From: Eledone cirrhosa
Lineage: Eukaryota
Assembly: GCA_964016885.1 (NCBI GenBank)
Contig: OZ024740.1
Span: 193,502,001-193,566,000, forward strand
Length of the DNA: 64,000 nucleotides
Reading direction: 5' to 3'
Shown piece by piece: positions 25,190 through 38,015 of this stretch. Position 1 is the stretch's first letter; each line of letters begins with the position of its first letter. Position numbers and translations under genes: made by a program. The notes under the pieces are model-generated. The model worked only from the letters and a program-made list of their open reading frames with translations, was not told where the DNA came from and made no database searches.

Positions 25190-26405
25190 TACCGTTGTGT
25201 TATTTCGTTTAGATCACTTCTGTTTCACTATTGCAATGTTCAGGCCGGGAACCTAGGGCAATAGAGACGTTCATTGTAGATAGAGAACTAGTCTGAGAAT
25301 GTGTGTTGATCCTAGTAACCCAATCCTTTGTAGCTCATATTTGCAGATCTTGCAGGGAAGGACGCTGAAGTGCAGATCTAAGTATTCGGCTATTAATCCT
25401 AATGCTTCTATTACGACAGGGATGGTGTTTGTAGTCATCCTCCATCTGCGGTTTATCTTTATTTACAGGTCTTTGTATTTTAACAGTTTTCCATTGTTTT
25501 TACAGATGTATTCTTGTTTTTTTATGATGAAATCTGGTCTGTTGGCAGCAATTTCCCGATCACTGATCAGAGGCATATCCCGCAAGAAAGATATACTTCC
25601 CTTTTCCATTAATGTTTTTGGTCCATACCATTTGTCAGCATTTTGGATATCATGAGAGCGGCAAAGCCTCCAGATTACATATTTGGCAACGCGGCTGTCT
25701 TTAAATATAGTCAGTTTTTGCCAGCTATGGACACCCGGACATATCATGATCTACCGTTTTTTCATATTTGTAACATATTCTGCATAGAGTCTCATCTTTC
25801 ACTATTCTGTGTCTATAGGCCCGAGCGATTAGAGATTGTTCTTGTGCAGCAACTAAGATTCCCTATGTCCTTGCTTTCAAACCAACACTTCTGAGCCAGG
25901 AGTGTGAGCCATGCTGATCGATATCATTGTCAGAAAGTCGTTCTGGGAATCTACCATGTACAGATTTTGCATTCCATTCACGTTTCATCGTTTGGAGTTT
26001 TTTGCTTTGATCTTCACAACCATAGCTATCTGTGCAGTACTCTATAGTTGATTTTATATGGGTATATATTGTTCCATGGTCAGTTTTTGCCTAAATTTGC
26101 TTGCCTGATTTGTTAGTGAGTGCGATTTATTATTCGTTCATGCTTGAGTAAAGGCTTAAAAAGTCGATAGTTGGATGTGTTGGAGGTAGCTATCTAATTC
26201 AATGGTTGTTGTTTTGTATGCAGCTTCCAGTAGTAGGAGCCCCATCCACATTATTTCATTAAGATATACACCCTTATACATGGGGTTTAGGGTGGTACAA
26301 CTTTTTTTCCTTTGTCAATAGTTTCCTTGACTTAGTGTCCAACCTTTGTAGTTTTTGCAGATTCCATTTTATGATGTCAAAGCTGTGTTACGACTGGTAG
26401 TGCTA
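25190..26405 (-). mobile_element. Old 5'-truncated R4/Dong-like RLE non-LTR element
   Basis: DMPLISDREIAANRPDFII, KLLKYKDL and TIPVVIEALGLI (restriction-like endonuclease). Bounded by short TTA tracts at about 25180 and 26408-26437. Confidence 0.75.
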
Positions 26406-26652
26406 GTATTATAATTATTATTATTATTATTATTATTGGTTGGTGAAGCCACGCTTCTTATCGCCTCCAGTCTTTTTCAATGTTTTACCTCTTTTTCAAC
26501 CGTTCTAAACCTTGTATTCAAGTTTTAAATTTGATAAAAGTTTAGAAGAAGTGACCCACCTAATACAGGGGTTCACTAGTAAATAATACGGCACCCCTTT
26601 ACGGGGTGTCGTATTCGTATTTGCGTAAAAATAGTTTTTGAAAAATTTCAAC

Positions 26653-28610
26653 ATGGATAACACAAAAAAGAGAGAGAACGCTGTCAGACAACAGAGAGAG
26701 AGGGAGACTTTATCAGCATGTCAACAAGACAGCGTTCCAGCAGAGGTAAATATAAACGAAAATATTACAAAGGAAAAAAAGATTGTTACAGATTTAAAAT
26801 TAATAAATATTTCTAACACAAACAACACCAACAATAACACCAACAACATCACGAACAACAACATCAAAAATAACAGCGGTAAAGTCGAGAACGACAATAA
26901 CAAAAATAACAGCGGTAAGGTCGAGAACGACAATAACAATGACAATAACAACAGCCACAACAACAATAATAATAAGAATAGTATCAACAAAAACAACAAT
27001 AATAACAACAGCCTCAATAACAGTAACAGCAGCAACAGTATCAACGAGAACAACACCAACAACTGTACCAGCGAAAAGAACAACAATGACACCGATACCT
27101 GTAATAGCGAGCTCAGCACCACCAGTAAGATCAGTAGCGGCAGCAATAGTGGTGCTGCTGAAAAAGGGACCACTTCTTTTGCAGGTGTGGCCCGAAATAT
27201 CGAGACAGTGTTAGTCACAGAGGAGGAGATGGCAGTCGCAAGGGCCATGGTGACAAGAAGCGCAAATAGAGTTTCCCTGAAACCTCCACCCGATTTTTTC
27301 AAGGACCAGCAGCTACGAACGTTGACTTACCGCACCGTAAGCAAAATCTCACATCGAGTGGAGAGAGCCACGGAGGCTCAAATCCAAAAGGCCTTGGGGT
27401 GCGTCTGGGCACGCAAAACCCACATCACCCGAGGCAGAAAGTACGCCACAGTAGACGTACTTTTCGCCACCCCCCAGGAAGCAAAGTCTCACTCTTTGGA
27501 AACCCTAAAGAGTGAGGAGTTAGTCTTGGTGCCCTCCTAATGCGGGCAGAAAATTGTGAGGGTCAAAGTGACCCAGGTCCCACCTGGCATGCTATACCTT
27601 GGCTGGCCGCGTCTGTCCTTGCTGGAATTGTGAACAGGGCGACCATGCTGCAAGTAGAGAAAATAGGGAGAGAGAACTGGTCAGGTATAGGCATGCAAAT
27701 GCTTATACAAACTGACCAGGAATGTATCGAGGCTATCCCCGATATCATAGACTTTCAGGAAGGACCCCAACTCCCTATAAGTGTAGAAGGAAGACGGCGA
27801 AAATGTTATCTCTGTGGGTCGAAAGGTCACCTCACGGTCTTTTGCCCGCAGAAGATACCGAAGAGGGCCCCTCTCCTTCCAATACCTGGTCCGCTGCTAC
27901 CAAGAGTAGGACAGGCATCAAACGAAGAAGCCCCTTCCACTGTGAGTAGGAGGGCAACGTCCGTAGCACCCGTACCAAGGCCACGGATATCTAAAGCAGC
28001 ATCATCAGTAGCGGCAACACCAATATCTACTTTTGAAATAGCTACACCAGCAACAACATTGCCGAAGAGGGCTCCACCTCCACCACCAACAGCCGTGGAG
28101 CACATACCCCTCCCAGACGCCACAGAATCCGACATGGAGTTTGAGGCGGGAGTGACGTGGCAAACAGTCTGCCACAAAGAACAAATAAGAAAAAAACCCT
28201 TAGATTCACCCTCCAAAAGCGAAGGCATACAAAGAGGGGTAAAAGCAGCAAGGAAACTTGCAACAAAACCACCACAAACACCAACAACGCAAACACAACA
28301 AGACACACACACCAAACAGCAACAAGAAGAAAACGGCAACAAAATCACCCCTCCCCAAAAAAAAGTACACAGCCATAAACATACCAAAAAAAGAACTCAT
28401 AAAATATATAAAGCAGCTCACAGACATCACGGAAAAAAATTACTACACCCCACCAACACCAAGAACTCTCCCGACAAACATAAGCATCATCGAAATCTCA
28501 ATAGAACAATACAAACCTTTAAAACAAAAATTCCCCAACGCAGTTGAAGTCTTCAGAGGGACGGTTACCAAGAGGATATACACTGACATCCTCTTGGAAA
28601 CACCCATGAC
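26653..28610 (+). pseudogene. Tx1 ORF1 (gag-like, CCHC zinc knuckle), interrupted
   Basis: ORFs 26638-27540, 27540-28547 and 28258-28635 are homologous to ORF1 of copies 2 and 3. Confidence 0.85.
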
Positions 28611-28611
28611 C

Positions 28612-31600
28612 TGCTCAATGACATCAGATCACTAAACATAGATGTGGTGGCCATCAGTCAAACCAGAATCTCCGAGGCACGGGCCTTCGCACCGATCTTC
28701 GGCGGCTACGATGTATACGCATCTCCCAGCCGTCCAGGATCGGGGGGAGCGTTTGCCGTCCTTTTTCGGAGAGGCTTGGATCTCGCGATACGGGCCATAT
28801 TCCTGGACCCAGAAGGTAAGTCGGTGGTGCTGGACGTGACCGGCAGCGAAGGCAATGCTTTCAGGCTAGTAGGATGGCCAGATTTCTTCAGACGTCTAGA
28901 GACCTTTCTTGGAACGTCCCGCTCTTTAGTGTTAGTGGGCGACTGGAACGGTATCTTGGATGCACGCTGGGATCGTATGCGGTTAGTGGATAGGGGAGGA
29001 GGGTGCAAGAGCCTCACCAACCTGCTCATACGTTTTGAACTGTCTGACAGGTACCGACTGGATCACCCGATGTGCCAATGTGGACATGGACAAACCGCAT
29101 CGGGTCATCCAGATCGTATCTAGATAGGCTATTCTGCAGGGAACTAGATAAGGCTAGTATAAGTTGTACACAATTTAAAATAGTCGACTACACAGAACAA
29201 ATTTGTGATCTGTGAGATCGACATAGACAGACTTCATAGACAATGGCCTGGTTACTGGAAGCTGAACGCGTCTTCCCGGCACGCAAGGCCTACAGAGACC
29301 GGATTAGCGTATTAGTTAAGCGGGCGTTGACGGGAGCGGTCGTCAACAACAGGTGGTGTTTCGCCCTGAAAAGACCAATTAAAGTAGAGTTGATTAGGTT
29401 TAGCAAAGGAGTAGTTATAGAGGAAAATAGAGTAGAGGGAGAGCTAGTCAGAAAGCTAGAAGAGGCGTTTAGGACAGGCATCGCAACCGACGCGCTTGTG
29501 GCGAGATTGGCACTCGACCAATTCTTCAACGCAAAACACGAAGGCTTCGTTTTCAGAGCTAGAGCGCGTGCTCTGAAACACGAGGGGACAAACGCCGTCC
29601 AATGGGCCCGGGTGGCAGAGGCGCGACGTGGCAATAAAGCCACAATTCGGTCTTTGTCTGACCAAAAGGGGTGCGTGATGCTCGAACCCGAGCGGATGTG
29701 TGAAGCTTTTCAGCAGCACTTTGCTGAACTGTTCGGGAGCGGCGGCGGCCCGGATCGGGACATGGACTTCAGTGCATACCTCGACGGACTGCCTCTGCTC
29801 TTGACGACCGCAGCACAGTGTTGCGAAAAGCCAATGAGAGCTGGTGAAATACGGGAAGCGATGGCTAACTGCACAAGAGGTAAATCGTCAGGTATAGATG
29901 GTCTGCCCTACGAGCTTTATGCATTTATGCCACACTTGTTCGGTGACCTCTTGGCAGACGTATACTGCAACTGGCAGCAGAACGGGAGCATTCCCAGTTT
30001 TGTGAGCCGGGGAACAGTGGCGCTGCTGAGAAAAGACCCGAACAAGAGGGATGTTATTGATAATTCCAGGCCCATAACTCTGCAAAACGCAGAGTTCAAG
30101 ATTTTGGCCAAGGTGTTAGCAACGATGTTGGCACTTGTCGTCAAGGGTCTGGTGGGAGAGGCGCATACATGCGCCATCCCGGACAGATCCATACACGACA
30201 ACCTCCACCTCATGCGATACATCATAGAGAGGGTGGTTAAGGAACCTGGCAAGGGTGGGGCCCTGATCAACTTGGATCAATCCAAAGCATTCGATAGGGT
30301 CGACCATCGGTACCTGGCGGCGGTCCTAGGGGCAGCCGGTTTCGGGCCCGTTTTCAGGTGTTGGATCGCAGCAATGTACAGCGACATCTGCTCAGTTGTG
30401 AGGGTGAACGGTCACCTGTCGCAGCCGTTCAGCATCATGCGCTCAGTCCGCCAGTGTTGTCCCCTCTCGTCCCTCTTGTACGTATTGACTCTCGAGCCGT
30501 TACTGCACAAACTGGGGGCGATGAGGGGCGTCCCACGCGAACTAGGAAATCCGAGTCGGCTTATGCTGACGACGTCACCGTGGTGGTGTCGAGCACCAGA
30601 CACGTTCAGATGCTCGGTACCGCACTCAAGGAATACGAAACGGTGACAGGAGCAAAGATAAACCAGGAAAAGTCGGTGGGCTTGCAGCTAGGCACCTGGA
30701 GAGGCAAGTCCATGGCGTCCGACAGCGTCATGGGGCGTTGGAGGGACGGACCGGCTAAATTGCTCGGGGTCTGGTTCGGACCAGACTTCCAAATGGAGAA
30801 ACACTGGAACGAGGTGACGAGCAGCGTGGCCTCCCTCACCCAGAAATGGGCTGAGAGGAAGCTGTCCCTGAAAGGCCGGGCGGAAGTGGCGAATGCGTAC
30901 ATCGCATCCGTCATCTGCTACCGCCTCACCGTCATCCCTTGCTCCAGCCCAACTCTCACCAAAATGGAGCGCCTCCTCTTCCGCTTTTTGTGGAAGGGAC
31001 GCGCTCCCATGTTCAGACGATCCATTTGCTCTCAACACCCGTTGCGTGGAGGACTGGGCGTGCCATGGCTGATGATGCGCAAAAAGCGCTGTAGCTGCGA
31101 CATCTCTGGTGCTTTCTTGATGGTGAACGGGTGTGGTCGCCGTTCGCCAGGCACATTTTCCCACAGCTCGTCTCCTTGACGGAGCTGCAGTCCTGGGTCA
31201 GAAAAAGACCGAGGGATAGCGCTTGGAAACTGGAATGTCTCCAGGCGCTCACTGCCCTCTCCCAGCTGGGCACCAGTATCGGTGGAACATCCACCTCGGC
31301 GTTCTATAGAGGTCTAGGGAAGAGCGACGAGATTCTCGGAGAGATCCTGGGCGTCAAAGAATATCAGCTGTTTGCTCTCGTCTATGGATAACTTCCAAAA
31401 ATCCCTGGCCTGGCAGTGCTACCGGGGAGCGCTGCCGGTTCGAGATAAGCTCAACAGGCACGGAAGTGCGTCAGCCGAGCCTGCGTGAGATGCGCGCATA
31501 GCGACGAAACCGTTGTGCACGCACTCGTTCAGTGCCCGAACATTACTGACTTGTGGAGCTATGTCGAACAGTTGCTGTCACGTGTGGGACTGATCCGGTT

Positions 31601-31865
31601 GTCGACTGAGTCCATTGTGCAGATGGTCTCGCCGTCTTCCTTTGAGGAGGAAGGACAGGCGGTTTTCATCTGCCTGGTGGCCATGGCGAAAGAGATTGTA
31701 TGCTTGACAAGGTTAAAGGGATTAAAGACAAACACTTTACTCTTCGGCGAATCCCTGATTAACTTTTTCAAGTTTCACTTGAAGAGGAAAATGAGGGTGG
31801 AGAGGCAAGTGCTGCTTTCTAGCAAGTTTGTTGAAAGGTGGGTGAATGTAGCGAGAATATACGTC
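28612..31865 (+). pseudogene. Tx1 ORF2 (APE-RT), frameshifted, start deleted
   Basis: ORFs 28644-29123, 29243-30646, 30358-31179, 31131-31391 and 31485-31913. Confidence 0.9.
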
Positions 31866-32156
31866 TGTAGTTTGAGAGATGGAAAAATTGAGAGAGTGCG
31901 CTTGCCCTGGTAGTCAGGGTGGTCGTGGTCTTTTGTGTGGTTTTCGCCACGAGTAACCCTGGGAGGTTTCCCCCCTATTGGGGAATTTTTCATTGTTTCA
32001 ATTTTCATTTTATTGTTTATATATATATATATGTTTTATGTCTTTTTTTTGTTATATAATTAATAAAAATATTTACACGCACAAAACCCACATCGGACTG
32101 TCCTGTTCCGTCTGTGATGTTTTTCTTGATGTCAGCCCTTGTGGCCAATAAAGAAA

Positions 32157-32200
<44 letters not shown>

Positions 32201-35200
32201 GAATGCTATGGTTGACGGAGGCTCGGCTCTGTAAGGTATTGTAAATTTTGACCGCTATAACAATTGTAAATTGTTTAAAACTTTAACCAACTTGTAGACA
32301 AAAACACCTACTCCTCGTGAGAGGGGTCTTTCTGCCCGTTATTTGGCCCTTTGGGTTAAATAACCGCTTATTGGGGTTTTGTGGCCAATATTTATTTTAA
32401 ACAAAAAAAAAAAAACATGGCTACGAAAAATAATTTTCATAGGTCACTCCCACTCATTCCGTCTTCTTCTTCCTCAATCGTCACTACAGCAGAGAGAAGA
32501 TTGTCTCTATACCCTCCCTTCTCTAAATGTGTCTCTCTCCCTCCCTTCTCTTTCGCAAGCGACGCCAGAAAAGAAAGATCACGTGCAAAGCGTGCAAGAT
32601 TTCTCCACGACGACGACGACAGCGACGAAAAAGGTGTGCGGGAAATACGAAAACCCATTTCATTCGTCTGACTCAGGAATAATAGCAGTAGGACCGTAAT
32701 AACAGCAGCAGCAGCAACAGTGACAAGGAAAACAACAGTAGCAGCAGCAGCAACAACAACAACAACAACCACAGCAACAGCGGCGGTGGCAGTAGTCGTA
32801 GTACCTGCAACATCAGAAGTAGCATAAACAGCAACAGCATAAGCAGCAACAGCAACAACAACAGCAGCAGCAGCAGCAACAACAACAACAACAACCACAG
32901 CAACAGCGGCGGCGGCAGTAGTCGTAGTACCTGCAGCAACAACAAAAGTAACAGCAGCTCTGACGACAACAACAACAACAGCAGCAAAGAAAAACCAATC
33001 TCGTTTGCAGGTATCGCAAAGAACCTGGAAACGATCCTCATAACAAATGAGGAATTAGAGGAAGCGAAGAAGATGGTGACGAAAACCGGACACCGAGCAA
33101 TCTGCAAGGCAGCCGAAAAATGTTTCGAAACCCAACAGCACTGTACGGTTACGTACCGTACAGTAAGCACAAAATCCCGTAGGGTTGAAGGAGCCACAGA
33201 GGCTCAAATACAAAAAGCCTTAGGGTCTGTGTGGCAGCGGAAAACGCACATCACCCGAGGCAAGAAATATGCCACCGTAGACGTGCTTTTTGCCACACCC
33301 CAGGAGGCAAAGGCTCAATCCTTAGTGACCCTAAGGAGCGAGGAAATGGTGCTGGTGCCCTCCTACTGCGGGCCAAAAATTGTGAGGGTCAAACTGACCC
33401 CCCCCCCCCCCGGTGTTGCCCCATCTTGGCTGGCCGCGTCTGTCCTCGTCGGAATCGAGGACAAAACAACTGTACTGCAAGTAGAGAAAAAAGTAAGAGA
33501 AGATTGGGTCGGCACCTCCATTGAGATGTTAATCCAAACCAACCTTGAGTTCATCGAAGCTATCCCGGTTGTGATAGACTTTGATAACGGCACCCAACTG
33601 CCAATAAGTGTTGAGAGCAAACGCCCGAAATGCTTTTGCTGTGGATCGAAGACTCACATCAGGGCCTTCTGCAACGAGAAGACCCTGAGAAAGGAGACCC
33701 CCCCTCCTTCCGAAACCGGCTCCACGGCTATCAGCAACAGAACAAGCGGCAACCAGGAATGATAGGTTCGGGGCACCCATACACACGCCACGGAAATCAA
33801 AAACAGAAGCAGCAGAGGAAGTATTAACAACAACAACAGAAATACCAAATCCAGTTGCAACAGAGACTCCAGTACAAACAAACATCACCAACAACAACAA
33901 CAAGTGAAAGAGTGGAGCTGGTACCCCTCCCCGACCTCACAGAATCAGACATGGAGTGTGAGGTGGGAGAGGGATGGCAAAAGATCGTAAGAAGGCACAA
34001 ACGCAGAAGCAGCGCATCGTCGCCTTCGAAAAGGGAGGAAAAAAATGAAAAAAGGGTAAAGGCTAGTGCAAAGAGACTCACAGTAGCAACACCACCAACA
34101 CCATCACCACCCACACTAGCACCACCATTACCACCGGCGACAACCCCACCGCCAACAACAACAACACCTTCAACACGACCACCACAGCACCAACATCGCA
34201 AACACAACAAAACACACACACCCAGCAACAACGACAAGAAGATAGCAGAACCACACCCCACCCCCAGAAAAACAAATGCACGGCAATAAATACACACAAC
34301 AAGAAACTAATGATTTACATAATTGAACACACATACATTTCACAGCACGACAACATAATACCAGCACCAATCAAAACGCCAACTAACATAAGAGTGCTAA
34401 AAATAGCACAGAAACAATACACAAACATTAAAACGAAATTCCCCAACGCAGTTGGTGATTTCAGAGACCTAGGAGGGCCTCTCAATCGGAGAGTATATTC
34501 GGACATACTCATAGAAGAGCCGACGACCAGCCGAAGGGACGATTCAACGGTCCCTTCACCAGACGATCAAATGAAAAGGGATGGAAAAACCATCCTTCCC
34601 CTAAGAAAAGTATGGTAATTGGTCTTTCCCATCTTTTCCACTCTATTTTAAACATGACCTCACTCAGAATAGGCAGCATAAATGCGCGTGGCTTGGGGTC
34701 GTCATGGAAGCAGGGTTACCTGCTCAACGACCTCAGGTCACTAAACATAGATGTAGTGGCCATCAGCGAGACCAGAATCTCCGAAGCACGAGTGTTCGCA
34801 CCGATCTTAGGCGGCTACGATGTGTACGCATCTCCCAGCCGTCCTGGATCGGGAGGAGGAGTTGCTGCGCTTTTTCGGAGAGGTTTGGTATCGCCATACG
34901 GGACATCTTCCTGGACCCAGAGGGTAAGTTGTTGGGGCTGGACGTGACCAGCGGAGACGGGCAAGCTTTCAGGCTAGTGGACGTCTATGCCCCAACAGGA
35001 GCAGGGCGGCTTGACTTAGATAATCTTCATAGACGAGGACCCGGCTACTGGAAGCTAAGCATCTCCTTACCAGCGCGCAAAGCCTACAGAGACCGGATTA
35101 GCGAACTAGTTAAGCGGGCGTTGATGGGGGCAATCGTCAACAACAAGTGGTGCTTTGCTCTTAAAAGAGCAATTAGAATAGAATCCATTAGGTTTAGTAA

Positions 35201-37972
35201 GGCTTTAGCAATAGAGCAAAATAGAGCAGAGGGAGAACTAGTTAGAAAATTAGTGAGGCGCTTAGCAAAGGCATCGCGACCGACGTGATTGCGATGAAAT
35301 TGTCCCTTGACCAATTCTTCAATGCAAAGCACGAAGGCTGCGTTGTCAGAGCTAGGGTGCGTGCTCTCAGACACGAGTGGACGAAAGCCGTTCAATGGGC
35401 CCGAGTGGCGGAGGCGCGTCGTGGCAACAAAGCCACGATCCGGTCTTTGGTGGACCACGACGGGCGCATGCTACTCGATTCCGGGCAAATGTGTGAAGCT
35501 TTTCAGCGACACTTCGCTCAGCTGTTCGGGGGCAGCGGTGGGCCGGGTTGAGGGATGGACTTTAGTGTCTACCTCAACGGACTGCCGCGGCTCTCGGCCA
35601 CTGAGGCGGAGTGTTGCGAAAAGCCGATAACAGCCGCTGAGGTCCGGGATGCAATGACTGGCTGCACAAGGTGTAAATCGCCTGGTTTGGATGGTCTGTC
35701 CTATGAACTTTACGTACAGATGCCAGACTTGTTCGGATGCCTCTTGGCGGACGTCTACTGCAACTGGCAACAGAACGGGAGAATTCCCAGCTCTGTGAGC
35801 CGAGGAGCGGTGCCACTGCTGAGAAAGGATCCGAACAAGGGGGAAAACATAGATAATTTCAGGCCCATAATTCTGCTAAACACAGAGTTAAGGATTTTGG
35901 CCAAGCTGCTAGCAAAGAGGTTGGCGCTTGTCATTGGTGGTCTGGTGGGAGAGGCGCAGACATGTGCCATTCCCGACAGATCCATCCACGACAACCTTCA
36001 CCTCACGCGATACATCGTAGAGAGGGTAGCTAGGGAACCTGGGACGGGTGGGTCCTTGATCAATTTAGATCAGTCGAAAGCTTTCGATAGATTAGACCAT
36101 CGTTACCTAGCCGCAGTCCTCAGGGCGGCTGGCTTTGGGCCTGTCTTTAGAGGCTGGATCGCTGCCATGCACAGCAACATCTGCTCTGTGGTGAGAGTGA
36201 ACGGTCACCTTTCGGAACCGTTCAACATCATGCGCTCGGTCCGCCAAGAATGTCCTCACTCGTCCCTCTTGTACGTATTGACTCTCGAGCCATTACTGTA
36301 CAAATTGGAGACGTTGAGTGGCGTCCCGCGCGAACTAGGATGCGGAAGTTCCGCGTCAGCATATGCGGACGATGTCACCGTAGTGGTGTCGAACGCCAAA
36401 CACACCGAGGCGATCGGCGCTACACTAAGAGAATACGAAACGGTGACAGGAGCAATGATCAACCAGGAAAAGTCAGTGGGCCTGCAGCTCGGCACCTGGA
36501 GAGGCAGGTCCATGCCGTCCAACAGCGTCGTCGGACGCTGGACGGACGGTCCGGTTAAATTACTAGGGGTCTGCGTCGGTCCGGACCTCCAGACGGACAA
36601 AAACTGGGACAAGGTGACGAGCAGGGTGGCTTCTCTCACCCAGAAATGGGCCGAGGGGAAGCTATCCCTGAAATGTCGAGCGGAGGTGGCTAACACGTAC
36701 ATCGCGTCTGTCATCTGCTACCGCCTGACCGTCGTACCTTGTCCTAAGCCCCGCCTGACTGCGCGGAAGCGTTTGCTTTATCGCTTTTTGTGGAAGGGAC
36801 GCGCTCCGATGGTCAGTCGGTCCATCTGCTGTCAACACCCGCTACGTGGAGGGCTAGGCATGCCGTGGCTGATGATGCGCAGACATGCGCTCAGGATACG
36901 ACATCTCCACCTCTTCCTCGACGTTGATCACGTGTGGTCGCCGTTTGCTAGACACGTATTTCCCCAGCTTGTTTCCTTGACAGAGCTGCAGTCCTGGGTC
37001 AAGCGAAGACCGAGAAGGAGCGCCTGGAGACTGAAATGTCTTCAGGCGCTCACAGCCCTCGACCAATCGGGCAATGTGATCGGTGGAAACTCCATCTCGG
37101 CGTTCTATAGAGGATTAGTGGAGGGGAAGAGCGACGACGTACTTGGGGAAAATCTAGGCGTCGACCAAAATCAACTAGCCAATCTCTTCGGAAGAACTGT
37201 CGGGCCGGGACCTATGGACAACATCCAGAAATCTCTGGCCTGGCAGTGCTACCGAGGAGCCTTGCCAGTTCGGGATAAACTCTACAGGCATGGAGGTGAG
37301 TCAACCGAGCATGTCCGAGATGCGCGCAGGGTGACGAAACCGTCCTGCACGCACTCGTCCAGTGTCAGAGCATTGCTGACTTGTGGGTTTATGTCGAACA
37401 CCTGCTGTCGCGTGTGAGACGGATCCAGCTATCAGCTGAGTCCATCGTGAGTATTGCCCCGCCTTCTTCCTTTAGCCGGGAAAGAGCAGGCAGTTCTTAT
37501 CTGTCTGGTGGCCATGGCGAAAGAGATAGTATGGTGGACACGTTTGAAAGGGCTGAAGACGAGCACTTACCTCTTCGGTGATGCCCTGACTATCTTTTTC
37601 AAATTTCATTCGAAAAGCAAAATCAGGGTAGAGAGGGAAGTGCACTCTTCCCAGCATTTTGTTGAAAGATGGGTGAGAGAAGCAAGTATGGCCCGAGTGA
37701 ATGGGCCTACTCTGAGTACGTATCTGTAAATTAAAGGTGGAAAACTGGGAGAGGGCACTTGCCTTGGCGGTCAGGGTCACTGTGGCCTTTTACTGGGCTT
37801 TCTCCACAAATGTCCCTCGGAAGTCTCCCCGCTATTGGGGAATTTTTCTTTGTTATTTTATTTCAACCTCTGTTTTTTTTACACGCAGAAATGCCCATTT
37901 GTACCGTCCTGTATTGCCCTGTACTGTCCTTAATGTCTACTTTATGTAAACCCTTGTGGTTAATAAAGAAAA

Positions 37973-37973
<1 letters not shown>
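32201..37973 (+). mobile_element. Tx1/L1-clade element, copy 2 (second family)
   Basis: 5' end GAATGCTATGG directly follows (ATT)n. ORF1 has CFCCGSKTHIRAFC; APE starts RIGSINARGL. It ends AATAAAGAAAAC+(ATT)n, with an internal deletion in APE near 35010. Confidence 0.93.
35555..37417 (+). pseudogene. Tx1 reverse transcriptase domain (620-aa open stretch of a disrupted ORF2)
   Basis: KSPGLDG, NFRPIILLN, LDQSKAFDR, AYADDV, GGLG motifs. Confidence 0.92.

Positions 37974-38015
<42 letters not shown>

Larger units (their letters stand above)
26438..32158 (+). mobile_element. Tx1/L1-clade non-LTR retrotransposon, copy 1 (near full length, decayed)
   Basis: ORF1 has an Asn-rich N-terminus and CYLCGSKGHLTVFC knuckle. 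ORF2 has APE (LVLVGDWN), RT (LDQSKAFDRV, AYADD) and a C-terminal Cys/His region. It ends AATAAAGAAATC+(ATT)n and is flanked by (ATT)n on both sides. Confidence 0.93.

Noticed and set aside
26721-27302. Leu-, Cys- or Val-rich membrane-like ORFs (also 32437-33197, 43129-43670)
   Set aside because: They are antisense readings of the AAC/AGC-rich Tx1 ORF1 N-terminus.
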